Positions 10,685 through 22,800 of a DNA stretch of 64,000 nucleotides are shown piece by piece. Below the pieces are notes generated by a model. The model saw only the letters and a program-made list of their open reading frames with translations. It had not been told where the DNA came from and searched no databases. The stretch lies in assembly GCA_964270895.1 (NCBI GenBank), contig OZ185444.1; one strand, given 5' to 3'. The translations under genes and the position numbers were made by a program. Each line of letters opens with the position of its first letter. The stretch's first letter is position 1. Source of the stretch: Podarcis filfolensis (Eukaryota).

Positions 10685-13396
10685 CTACAGAACAAAATGA
10701 AAAGCAACAAAAGATCATACTTTGCTCTTCAGATAACCAATGTGTGTAATCGTGTTATTACGCTTGAAAATGGTAGCTTAGAACAAGAGGGGGGGGAGAG
10801 AAATGTGACACAGATGCAAAAATGTAGAATAATATTCGATGGCCTGGAAAGTAATGGCAGGCTCAACAGAAACCAAGTATTTTGATCATTGTAGCTAAAG
10901 GCACATTTAACAGCCTATGCATGTATAAAATCAGTACTGAATGATACCCTCCACAAATGGGGGTGAGAAAAACATGTAATTGGGCACCTAGACACCTCAA
11001 AGTAGGGCGATAAAACCAATTTGGGGGTCGGGGGGGGGGGAGAATCTTGAGTATATATCCAAAGGCCTCTTCACAGTTTCATCATGTGTAGTTTGTAATG
11101 CAGTAATATTCTCCCACATCTTTTTTCAGCTGTACCATAAATACACATCTGAAAGAAGCACGAAATCTATTTCCTGATGTGTGCAACATACCACAGAGAC
11201 TTGTGCAACCTTCTCCATAAGCAAATAAGAATATGCACATATGAAATTCTAACATGTGAAGTGGGACCTTGCCTGAGGTGCTAAACAAAGAGGTGTCCTA
11301 AGTACTGTGTCACACCGCCTATATGTTTGGCTATAAGTTTTCCAGAATTCTGGATTCCTAACAATTGGGATAGGCAAGTTATGCATATTTCTTTTTTAGA
11401 ATTGGTTTGCTATCTCTTGAGTCTATTATTACTGAAACACACTGGGTGACTGATTTTTGAAAAAATGAACTTTTTGACATTTCCCTTAATGTTTTGCTCA
11501 AATTTGGACTTATCCTCATATGTTTACATGTATGGATTAGGTATTTACTCTCAGCAGGACAACATTTGCTCTTACATTAGAACAGGAATCTTGTTACAGT
11601 AGGTTAAACTGCTTTAACTAAAATCTTCCAATGCTATCCATCATTTTATCTATTATTTCCAGAACTGTGCTTAGGAGCCTTTCCAAGTAAGCAACTCAGA
11701 GTAAGATGCATTTAATCCAATAAGATGGTCGTTTTCTTTAGAAGGGCTGTTTCTTCCTCCGAACCATTTTTACTGTTTAGAAACAGTGGGGTTATTTGTT
11801 TTTTAAAAAAACATGCAAAAGAATAACAGCCAAGTCCAATGTAGGTTGTTTTATTGTTATGATAAATGTACTTCAAGGAGCATCTTGGACCCAGTCTTAT
11901 AATGTACACACAGAACCTAACCACATCATACTGAATTACTACATTACAATCTCCTTGCTGGCATTTCTTTGTCTTAGTACAATGAAGGGAAAGCACACTA
12001 AGACAAAGCGAAAAGAAAATGAGGGGCAGCTGTGTGTTGTGGGATAAGCAGCAGCAGGAATTAGCATGGTATTATGCCCCTGCAGCAGCCACCAAAGGGA
12101 GAGAAGGAAAAGGAGCTACCACTACAGATTGGAGAACAGCTGAGGTAGAAAAGGGACACTAGCAGCACAATCCCACATATGTTTACGTAGAAACAAGTCC
12201 CCTTTCTGTTCATTGGGTCTTGCTTCCATGTAAATGTGTGTTTGCAGCAAAGAACTCCAACCAAATGAGCAGAAAAGGGTAAACGGTACTACAGTATTCA
12301 CTACCACAGCCTTGCCACAGAGATGAAGTGTCGACAAAAATCCCTTCCCTAAGAAACCAGGAGGAAAAATAAATAGGATTCTTAGTCTCCAAATGTGCAA
12401 AGATTATGGCCACAGCAACCCCCCTGGACTGCAAATGAGGGGCACAGAACACACAAAGAGCTGATAGGACCACCCTCGGACCCAGCGCAGACCAGAGAAG
12501 GAAACAGATTCCTTCTGCAAAGGAGCTTTTCCTTCCGAAAGAGACAAACACGCAGCTTATGGCCACTTGTGTCTGTCCCCAAAAGCAAAAGGATGCAGAT
12601 GAGCGGGATAAACAAATCTTCACGCGTTTATACTAACAGCCGTGCAAAGTAACTCCTATGTACTCAATTAGTTCAGTAACTACCGAACCTCAACCCAAAT
12701 CACCTTCATGTGGATTTGAATCATCATGTAAAACAAATAACCACTGTGGTGGGCGGGGAATAGCGCCGCCCCGCCTTTATTTCCATAACTGCGTAAAAGT
12801 GCAATTGGTGTCTGGGTTTTGTGTGTGTGTGTGTATGCGTGGCCGGGGGTGGGGGGAGGAGAACTAATCTGCATGACGTGAACTTGAGTACAAACACTGA
12901 AGAAGGAACAGAGGAAGGCAGAGAAGGAAGGGACTTTCCAGGCACGCAGCTGAACATACATACGAGGGGGAAACGTGCCACCCCCGCGCCCCTCTGGACG
13001 GGACAGCACGAAGGAACCGTTATTGCGATAGTACTATAAAACAACGCACTACAATCTCGTGAATCCCGAATTTTGAAAGCGCGCGTGGGGGTGGGGAGAG
13101 AGAGCCATTTCCTGGTCTTATGCGAAATGCATCCCTTTCTGCGGCACATTTTATAGGAGGTCATTAACTCCACAACACCCTTCCCACCACCACCAAAGAA
13201 AAAAAAGTATGCAGTCGAGGCAGCGATCCCCGCTCCTCCAAATGCTGCGATGGAAAGAGAAACAAAACCTGGAGAGGGAGGATGAAGCAGGGGAGATAAG
13301 GAGGAGGCGGAGGAGGTGGGTGGCGGAGAAGAGATAAATACTTAAAACCGTCCCCTTCCCACCCCCTCTGCTGCCCCCCCCCCCGCCGCCCCATAC
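10685..13396 (-). other. BTG1: BTG1 intron (2712 nt, GT-AG, phase 1)
   Basis: Canonical GT at 13396-13395 and AG at 10686-10685 join the two exons in frame. Confidence 0.95.
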
Positions 13397-13544
13397 CTGC
13401 CAACAGCTCCTGCAGGCTCTGGCTGAACGTCTGCAGCTGCCGCTCGTTCATCAGCCCCTTGGTGCGCAGGAACTTGGAGATGAAGCCCACGGCCGCGGCG
13501 ATTTCGCGTATCATGCTGGCCCGGGTGTAAAGGGCAGGATGCAT
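13397..13544 (-). CDS. BTG1: BTG1 coding exon 1 (148 nt: aa 1-49 plus the first base of codon 50)
   Basis: Translates MHPALYTRASMIREIAAAVGFISKFLRTKGLMNERQLQTFSQSLQELLA, matching the known BTG1 N-terminus. ATG is at 13544-13542 and the donor GCAG|GTATGG follows 13397. Confidence 0.97.
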
Positions 13545-13822
13545 GGAGGCGGCAAGGGGTAGCCAGCTCCGGGCGTTGAGTAAAAGGGGGCACGGTGGGC
13601 GCACACGGGGCCGCCTCAAAGGGGGGTGGGAAGCGGAGAAGGAGGCGGAAGAGCAGGCGGGAAAGAAGCGGGTTAGAAGGGGGACGGAGCGATCGAGTTC
13701 AAGGGACTTTTAAGTTAGCAGGCCCCCCTCCTCAGCCGCCTCCCTGTGACGTAGGCTGGCGGCAGCGGCGGCTGCACTGGCAGGCACTTCCAGCATCTCC
13801 TTCTACGAGGCACGAAGGAAGT
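13545..13822 (-). other. BTG1: BTG1 5'UTR (TSS predicted)
   Basis: Inr-like CCACTTC with its A at 13822, about 25 nt downstream of TATAAAA. The TSS is inferred, not observed. Confidence 0.55.
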
Positions 13823-13840
13823 GGCTGTGCGTGCGCCGCC

Positions 13841-13847
13841 TTTTATA
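13841..13847 (-). promoter_or_regulatory. TATA box of BTG1
   Basis: Minus strand reads GGTTATAAAAGGCGG, about 300 nt upstream of the ATG and inside the CpG island. Confidence 0.75.
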
Positions 13848-13888
13848 ACCACGTCCGGGCGGCAATGGCGGCTGAGAACCCGCCGCGG

Positions 13889-13972
13889 CCAATCCGGGGA
13901 TCGCACCATTGTGACGTCGCGTTCGGAGCGGAGGGGCGCGGGGGAGGAGTGATGTCACCCGGTTGTAAACAA
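13889..13972. promoter_or_regulatory. BTG1 proximal promoter motif cluster: CCAAT, CRE-like sites, FOXO site
   Basis: CCAAT 13889-13893; TGACGTCG 13912-13919; TGATGTCA 13950-13957; GTAAACAA 13965-13972. Fits known FOXO and cAMP regulation of mammalian BTG1. Confidence 0.65.
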
Positions 13973-14529
13973 ATAGAAGCAGAAGAAGAAAGAGGAGCTG
14001 CGTCGTCGGGCTGGAAAACAGCAGCGGCGGCGGGAGCAGCTGCTCGAGAGCGCGGCGTCTGGCCCTCGAGACGCGCAAGGCAGCGAGCGCAAAGTTGCCG
14101 GCCTCGCTCGCCTCAGCCAGCGCGGAAGGGAGAAACGACGCGAGCCGCCTTTCTCCGGACGCCGCTCCTCTTCCCCCGACTGCGCATCTGCAGTCCTCTG
14201 CTGCCTGCTTGCTCGCACATGCTCCCGCTCACGTCCAACTGATCCGCGCCCCGGTTCAGTGCAAATCCATAGCTAGCTCTGGAAGCGTTCGCGGAACCGG
14301 GGAGAAGGCGGAGGACCCCGGGTTTGCTCAGAGGCAGAACCTGGCGCGGCCAGGCCTTTGCAGAGCCTGCTGCCTTCTCATCCCCCACCCCCTTCCCCCA
14401 ACCTCCAGCTGGGAGCTCGCAAACCAGCCGCTTTCCTTAAGCCGCAGCAGTCACGAATGTGGCGAGGCTTGGGAGAGAAGGGCTCAGGAAGCTTCTGGCG
14501 CCTGCAGCCATATCGCAAACAGCACCATT

Positions 14530-14537
14530 GTAAACAA
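14530..14537 (+). promoter_or_regulatory. Second FOXO-type site (GTAAACAA)
   Basis: Exact DBE consensus at the upstream edge of the CpG island. Confidence 0.45.
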
Positions 14538-16374
14538 ATGCAGTGTCTTTTGGTGCTCTGGCCGGTAGATGGAAAGAGGTGAGATGGAGGGGGCATCGTC
14601 CCAAGACATGGATCCCGTAAGATTTTATATATATATATTTCTCCCAGTCTGATTGCAGCTTGCAGGCCAGGGATTCCCACCTCCCATCAGCTCCAGACAG
14701 CACGGTCAGATGTCAGGGGCAATCGGAGTTGTAGTCCAGCAACATCTGGTGGATCAAAGGTTAACCGACCTTGAACTAAAGAGGCATCGTCTTTGTCCAT
14801 GTGACCGTTTCATTGGTGGACTTGGTACACTTTCTCATAACAAGGGAAAACAACTGTGCTCCAGATCATAGAATCATAGTATTCTAGAACCTATCAATGA
14901 TCATGTTGTCATCTAATGCTTTCACAGCAGTAGCCTAAACAAATCATTCTTTGCACACCACAAAAATTAAAAAATAGGCTGTGTTCTGGTGTCAGCACAG
15001 TAAGTTATGAGACAGAAATGTTATGAATTGTTCATTTGCTCAGACTTCATTCAGCCATTCTTCTTTGTAAAGTCACACAACACACAGACACCCCTATACT
15101 GTGTAAAAGAAAATGACCCAAGAATAGGTGCCTGGTCTCTCTAAGCCAGAGCTGAGAACCTATAACATATAATTCCCATCATCCTTGACCATTGGCCACA
15201 CTGGCTGAGGCTGGTCAGACTTGGGATTCAGAGGTTTTTATCCCTTTCTAAGGGCTTCATAATACTCATCCCTGCTTTATGTTATCATGCTGCATTACAG
15301 CATAGAAAAGATACAGTTGCTTTACATAAAGAAAAAAAACCAGTCGTGTTATTGTGCCTGAAACAGCTCAGCAGTATGATTGCTTGGTTATTGTTGCTGC
15401 ATTTGGTTTCAGACAATATGAGAGACATTTATCGGTTCTTTCATTGGACTAATTTCTGCTGGTCAAAGGGTCAACATATTTTCAATCTTCATCTTGCTTT
15501 TCCTCGAGCAGAAATGTGTCATGTTATCTGCAGATAGGAAAGAGTCACAAGCCCTTATTAGGCTTTTCTTCATCTGAACTCTTCGGTGGCTGTCAGCTGA
15601 GAAATCGCCTTTGTATGGAGGAGATGGGGGGGAAGCAGAACAAAAACAGACTGAACACAATCCAGGTTGAATTACCTCTCAGAACCTTATAATATAGCCA
15701 GGAAGACTACACTCTTGCTAAATCCTGTGTGTGTCATCAGATTTTTGAAAGCAGATGACAATATAGAACAGTATTTTAAATCCCGCTGTAGGCCTATATG
15801 ATCTCTCTATAATTTTTTATTCACAAAGGAAGTACCAATATACATAATGCTTTAACACAGAACTCAATAGAGTTGGAAAACCAATTGATTTAGGATTTTG
15901 TGCTCCCCTTGTTAAATATAATCCTAGCAGTGCCTCCAAATGTAATTCCACGTACCTTGGCAAGCAGCCCTTTGTTATGCTGGGAACAGGGCGGGGGCTG
16001 GGTCTTTATCAGATCTAAGGTAGGTACGCCACATCCTTGGAATGCCCTACCAAAGGATTGGTAGGCATGACCCCTTCATTTGTGGATTTCTGAAGCCTTT
16101 ATAACTACTGCGAAGGAGTGAGCATATTAAAACCTGGACTATGATGGCTATCTACTTGCTTCCAGAGCCAATTTAAGGTGTGGGTTTACATCTATAAAGC
16201 TCAATATGTCTATGGTCATGGATAGAGAATCTGTAGACCTCCAGATGTTGCAGGACAACACCCTTCACTGGCCTTCCTGGCTAGAGCTGCTGGAGGTTGG
16301 AGCCAAAGAGGGCTACAGTTTCCCCATCTCTGGCCAAGGTCCTCCATACTTCAAATATTGTTTCCCGTTATCTA

Positions 16375-16600
16375 CAGTGGTACCTCGGGTTAAGAACTTA
16401 ATTCATTCTGGAGGTCCGTTCTTAACCTGAAACTGTTCTTAACCTGAGGTACCACTTTAGCTAATGGGGCCTCCCACTGCCATTGCACCGCCCCCATGTG
16501 ATTTCTGTTTTCATCCTGAAGCAAAGTTCTTAACCTGAGGTACTATTTCTGGGTTAGTGGAGTCTGTAACCTGAAGCGTCTGTAACCCGAGGTACCACTG
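16375..16600. mobile_element. Tc1/mariner (Tigger/pogo-like) MITE
   Basis: TIR CAGTGGTACCTCGGGTTA, TA TSD on both sides. Opposite orientation to the copies at 27.2 and 36.5 kb. Confidence 0.92.
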
Positions 16601-17269
16601 TATTTCATTCCATGTGTAAGGGTCAGCATAGAGGCCTCTAGCCTGGTGTGCACTGTCCAAGCAGGGCCTTCTAAATCTTCAGCCCTGATGGGCCTGGCGT
16701 TCCAGATCGGTTTCCCTGGGAATATTTGCCAGTGCTGAATCCTGGAGGCACTTAGGCTTTATAAGCTTCCCTGTTCCGACACGCCTGCCAGAGTACGCCT
16801 TAATCTTTTGCTGCTGCTTGTCTGCTGTGTCAAGTTCAGTTGTTGCTGCTTGACTTTGGGGAGAGTTGAATAGTTTTTAGAATCTTTTTTTAGATCACTT
16901 GCTTTTAGAGTACGTATCCTTTTAATTTCACAAGCTGCTTTGAACTGAGAGAAGAGCCAAGCATCTTGTAGGGTGCTCGAGGCGGTGAAGCTCCAGCAGC
17001 AGGAACGGTGCGAGGAGGAAAGGGGTGTGTTATACATCAGGAAGGCTGCAGCTACGGGGAGAGGCCATTTGGAACATACATGGCTTTGCTTGCTACAGTG
17101 TGCTGGTTACCTAACCTCTATGCCAAGCGAAGGTGGGTGTGAGAATGAGACACAAGACAGTTGGAAGCAAGGCAAATCAAGAGCAGCAGCATGAGCTACT
17201 GTGTCTGGGTGCAGTGCCTTATGTGGTGAACTGCTGAAATGCAGCCTCTCAGTGAAGTACCTTCAGGCA

Positions 17270-17271
<2 letters not shown>

Positions 17272-17300
<29 letters not shown>

Positions 17301-17315
17301 GTTATTGTTATTATT
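17272..17315. repeat. (TTA)n microsatellite
   Basis: Directly visible. Confidence 0.95.
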
Positions 17316-18437
17316 GCAGTTGAACCTTGCTTGATCAGCAGGGCATTCCTGAGCTCTGTCATGTACATACATCTTTGATTATGCTTTGGACAGGTGGGGT
17401 CAGACCATGCCCTTAAAATACAGCAAGCCTGCAACTTATGCAGGGGTTACATTCTGCGGATCGCGTCTAAAGCCAAAATTGTGTATAATCGAAACACGTT
17501 GGGTTCAATGGCAGCAGGGGTCCTGGGAAGGGGGGCCAGGGCACCATGGCTCCCCCCAGTTCCCAATGAAAGGGCCGTACCCCCAAAGGTTCTGCAGGGC
17601 TTTGTGCACACACCATGGGCCATGCTCACATCACATGGACAAGCCACAGGGCCTCTGCATGCCACGAGGCATGCTGATGTCATGCGTGCGTTGTTACGAA
17701 AAAGGAGCAATGATTCCAACATGCACGCCATGGGGTGTGCTGACGTCTGGGACAGCCTTTTCATTGGGAATTTGCAGGCAGCATCTTACTCCAGCATCCT
17801 ACTGCCCACAATGGCTAACTGGCTACCTCCACAAGCCTACATGCGGGGCATTAAGGCGGAAGCCCTCTCCTACTGTTGCTGCCCCTCTGCAACCAATCTG
17901 TCATGGTATACAGCCTCAGGTTCAATCTTGGAGGTTCCATGTGGACCCCAAGGAGGCTGAACTTTATGTGTTGATTGGAATTTTATCAGCCAACTCTTTA
18001 GAGACAGGCTTCTAGTCCATTTTTTTAAAGTCATGAACACACAAAGCTAGAATGCTAGTAGCCCAACCAAAGGTAACCTGAGCAACTCTGCCCTTGAAAT
18101 CAATAAGACTTAAAAGTGATTAATTTTCCCTGGGTCATACTCCTAGATCGAAAGCCTGCTGCTACATCACAGAACAGATATATTCTGTGATGGCTGAACA
18201 AAGAAAATAGGTTCACAAAGAACACTCCTGACCTTTAGAACTCACTATCGCTGGATGTTTTAATCATCAACTGTAATATAACTGTGTTGAGGAAAGGACA
18301 GGTCAGTAATGGATGAGAAGGGGTATGACTGGCTACAAATCAACAGAATCAGGGCTGAAAGCGATTAACAGTACAACCCTAGACATCTATTCACAAGTAA
18401 GCCCCATTGAGTTCAAAGGGATTTACTCCTAGGAAAG

Positions 18438-18730
18438 CAGCTTATCCACACTTACCTTTTGCCCTGCTCTTTCCAGGCTTAAAAAGCTCCATGTCCAAGC
18501 ATTTTGTTTGTTTTTGCTCCAGAGTTTTGCCTGCAAACACCTGCTCTTTCAAGCTCATTGGGAGCAAAGAGCAATCTGCAGAAAACCTGAATTGATGTTT
18601 GCTCCGGTTGAGCACTAAAGAGCACGTTTTCATGAAGAGAGCTCTGGAGCAAAACAAAAACTCCACATACTCAGACATGGGACTTTTAAGCGTCGAAAGA
18701 ATGAGGCAAAAGGTAAATGTGAATAAGCCC
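18438..18730. mobile_element. Old foldback MITE, probably PIF/Harbinger
   Basis: Arms gcttatccacacttacctttgcc and ggcaaaaggtaaatgtgaataagccc. TAA follows at 18731-18733. Left end is degenerate. Confidence 0.6.
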
Positions 18731-19630
18731 TAAAATTGCAACCTAAAGTTTCATTAAACTCAGTGGGGTTTACTTGTGAATAAACATCTATAGGATTATA
18801 TTGTAAATGTCATTCATTTGTAATTTTATGCAATGTTCTAGGCAATGAATAAAAAAGAAAAACACATTAATGATTTTACTTCACTTTCTTAGCTTCAATC
18901 ACAAATGAGGTGGCTCATACAAGGAATGGTTTTTGTTTGCTTACAATAATCTGAGGCATTAGAAAGCACAGCACATATTGATTATTTAAGAGGACTACAG
19001 AGATTTCTTCTAGCTGACCCAACCCATATTGGCATTTCTTGTTCTTTCAACATCATTACTTTAATTCAATAAATTCGCACCTGGTTATGGACAAGAAAGC
19101 TTTAAATGCACAAAAAATGTGCATTTGTGAACTGTTAGCACCAAGATTATTTGAAAGACAAATGGCTTGTTAATCACCATAAATCAATTAGACTGGTGGA
19201 TCTGCATTTACCTTGGCGCCATTTGATTAACTGCAACAGGACCTAATTAAGAGGTTTATAGATCACATATTTGATTTTGTGTTAGTGTGCATTGTTTTCG
19301 TCAGAACTTGTTAATATTCACTCAGGAAGACTTTCTAATCTAGCAAATGGTCCTTGTGCATGTTACCCCAAAGCCAACACTGAACATCATGTTAGGTATC
19401 CTTTTTGCTGTTCCTGAGCTGTCTCAGAAGACAATGAAGTTCTGAGGTGGCAATTCTATCTGGGATGTAGGCTCCTTCCTACTTCACCTCATGCTACTTC
19501 AACCATTGCTTGCTTGCGGCTCAGCTTTTACTTGCATTGCTATTACACCACTCCTACTTCCTCCTGCTACCCAGAGATCAGGCCCAAAGCAGTTCTTAAA
19601 AACAAATACAAGATGGGAACAAAAATGAAC

Positions 19631-19837
19631 AGCCAGTTTGGTGTAGTCGTTAGAGAGTTAGACCAGGGCTCAAATTCCCACTCAGACATTAAGCTTACTA
19701 GGTGACTTTGGACCTCTCATCCTAACCTACCTCACAGGGTAGGTTGTGAGGAGAACATAGGGAGGTGGGAACCATGTATGCCACCTTAAATTTCCTGAAG
19801 GAAAAGGTGGAAAATAAATGCAATAAATGAATAAATA
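19631..19837 (+). mobile_element. Old Squam3/MIR-like SINE
   Basis: Head agccagtttggtgtagtcgttagag, core cctaacctacctcacagggtaggttgtgagg, (AATA)n tail. Confidence 0.65.
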
Positions 19838-22800
19838 TGCTGCCCATCTCCTATAAAGTGCCCCAGCATTACCACTTAGTGGGGAAATTCCCTTTCTATC
19901 AACTGCATATCTCAATAGTGGCTGTGCTGGAGAAGAGGAAAAACTGCTTTTCCGTATCTTTGCTGCTTACCTTTAAAGAAACAAACCAAAAAACGAGACC
20001 ATTTTATTATTCTCCAGTCTCTTTCAAACAATGACCAATTTTCTCAGCTTGCCTCTGATGTATTTATGGATATAGCAAAAGAAGAAGAACCCCACTCATG
20101 TACACAAGCAGAATAAGAAAAAGAATGATATCATTCTGGATGCAGTATTTAAATGGGTATTATATGTGGCACTGGATGAATTGCTTCAGATCCCTGGTCT
20201 GTACCCTCACTAGTCATTTCAGGCTACCAGTGCATAGTAGTGTACTGTAGGCAGAGCTTTGGGGACAAATTTTCCAGGTCCCACTCAGAATGAAAAGCAG
20301 CCTGGGCATCTGCTGAGGAGTGCAAGGGGGCCAGTTACCCTCCCAAGTGAGTCATAAACCCCTGATTCCCAGTTTTCATGTAGAAAATGTAAGTCTCTAG
20401 TTCTTGTAGAACCCAAGATAGGAAGCAAAACGTGCAAACATTGCTCTTTTCATTTGTTTTTGTGGGGAACACCTGGGTTTTTAGACAATGAATGAAGTCA
20501 TGAAAGCAGATCAAGCTCAGTCAGACAAAAAGAAATAATGAAAGACCCATTATCAAGGAGAATGTAAAGAAGAAACTTCTTGGTATGTTTTTAGCCCTTT
20601 TCTGCTGGTCTTGCATGGTGGAGATGTCATTGGTTGTCTCATAGAAAAAGAATCCAGGTATCCAGGATTTTAGTCCAGTATCCAGAACTGTTCTGCATTT
20701 AATGTACTCTGATATTGCTTGCTTTGAAAAAAGTATTTGAGAACTCAGAGAATCAGTTAACAAAGTCTCTCTGTCTACTCAAGGTCTGGTGCAGCTCAGC
20801 TGCTTAAGAGCATTGCTTTGGAAGACCTAAAGGTAGATTCAGATAACCTCACATAATTATTTTCATGCGACAAGCTGAATGAATCTTTGCCCATTGAAAA
20901 CTACTAGCACTTGCTTGCACAAATTCAAAAAAATGCAACGGAGAAAAGCAACACAAGACGGAAATTTAAAATGACTGACTGACTGAATAAATAAATTCTA
21001 GCTATACTGATCTACCAGAAATTCTGGATAGACTCTGAAAGGAACGAATGGGACAATAGGGAGACCAGGTGTAGACTGATACTGTTATAGCTCATGGTTT
21101 CCTTACTACTGTGTATTAACAAAAAGCAAGGCACATGAATGAGACTACGGGGAGCCAAAGCAGCAGGGAGTGATTTCAGTGGATAAGCCACTGAAATCCA
21201 TAATGACCTGGTTCAGAATACTGAATTTGTGTTACGAACTGAGCATCATTTCCACACACCCCCAAGAAGTTCTCCTCCACCTTCAAATGTTAAATGTGAT
21301 TCTGCGCATTCATAGTCTGCCCTCAGGCTGAAAGGGCTGCTTTACAAGAGCATCTGCCAATGTTCTTCCATATCAACCTCTTTGTTCCCAATGAAACTTT
21401 CACTGATCACAAGGCAAACTACAAAAAAATAATAAAAATATGCAAGCACATGTATATGCATTCTATAGTGGTAACCCTTTTACTCTGAGTGAAAAAGTAT
21501 TTGATTGTTGTGAACTATATATACATCCAGGCCACCCAATTAAGCAGATATTGGTTCTCTTGATTATTTATTGTAGTTGTTTTTTTGTGTCCTTGATCTA
21601 TACTTGAAATACTGTAAATACTTGTCAGGAGCACCTCTCCCAATTTTGCTCAGCCCATGAGTTAAGATGTGCTGGGTGAAGCTGTCCCATCACTGGCAGT
21701 AACTCATAGCCAGGTCTCCCTGGTGGCATCCAAGCTCTCAATTTATATGTGGATTATTCAGGACTGTGCACAGGTGATCAGGAAAGGGGAGGAAAATGCA
21801 TTTTACGCAACCAGACGTGGGTAACAAAATACAATTTTATCTCCTCCAAAGAGGTTGAATTATTATTGAGAAGACAAGGGTCCAGGGTTATCTCATTACA
21901 AGCACCTGTATCTCACCCAATATGAAAACAGTACCCTATCAGCACAGTCAACTTGGATTGTGGAAAAATAACTACCCTTGTGATTAAACAACATGTATTA
22001 TTCCAGAGAGACAAGAAAATACAACAGCCTAAAAATCCCACCACTTAGAGCAAAATGCATTTCAAAGACTGATGCACATGTGAACTCATCTATTTGTCAG
22101 TTTCAGGATGTCATAGGATAAGCTCATTGTTCTGATCTGCTCTCACATAGATTCTTCGTCCAGTGGACATTTCCCCAAAGGCAGTATTTCATCTCCGACT
22201 CAAATCTTGATGGTTGGACTTGCCTGTTTCTCCACAGGTCTGCTCTGTATACACTACCCAACCTCATTAAATCTGGCATTTCACAGACATGTGCCATACA
22301 TCTATTCCAGCAGCAGATCTTAAAAGCTGCCTGGGGCCAGTTGAGGCATGCTTTATTTTTCCCTTCTGCCTAATCCGTTTATAGTGCACCCATCGCTGGG
22401 TTGTCTGAATGCTTCTCCAATACCTTCTTTGCATATGCAGATAAAAGCAACATTCCATATGGCGCATGGCTGCGAACTATAGATACACCACACTCATAAA
22501 GGGTGTGCCTACAGACCACCATTGTCAAGCATGCACACGTGTGAAGTCCACCCTGCCAAAGCAATATCTGAAATACAGTAGGAGACTTGCCACATCTTCG
22601 TTTCTTGTGTATTTTGATCCTATGTATATGACACACTGGATTGAAAAATTGGAATCAGGGGCCGCATCTGGCACCTGAGGTTGTGCTTAATATTTTGCTT
22701 CAACTCCACACCCGCACGTACATATGTACATTTATAAGAATGAATTATCTTCCACTGTTCTGCTAAAAATATAGCGCTATATAAAATATAGTTTCAAACA

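Larger units (their letters stand above)
12620..14540. promoter_or_regulatory. CpG island over BTG1 promoter, exon 1 and 5' intron
   Basis: GC and CpG are visibly much higher than in the AT-rich, CpG-poor background. Boundaries estimated by eye. Confidence 0.85.

Noticed and set aside
13164-13396. ORF-track extension of BTG1 exon 1 into the intron (GMGRRGGG...)
   Set aside because: It reads through a canonical donor into low-complexity intron sequence. The spliced product matches BTG1.
13545-13619. 25-aa N-terminal extension of BTG1 in the ORF track
   Set aside because: It starts at TTG in a poor context, with no support as a real initiation site.
13595-14568. Long + and - strand ORFs over the promoter (215, 157, 91 aa and others)
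   Set aside because: These are expected in a stop-poor CpG island. They are Arg/Ala/Gly/Pro-rich with no recognisable domain.
17386-18015. Overlapping 209-aa and 188-aa ORFs
   Set aside because: No recognisable domain. The region looks like a GC-richer decayed DNA-transposon remnant (Tigger-like start tacagcaagcctgcaacttatgc), too degraded to call.
21172-21198. Perfect small hairpins: 11-bp stem here, 10-bp stem at 58741-58765, 14-bp palindrome at 45660-45673
   Set aside because: They are short and isolated. The first resembles the palindromic core of common squamate repeats, and none has supporting context.
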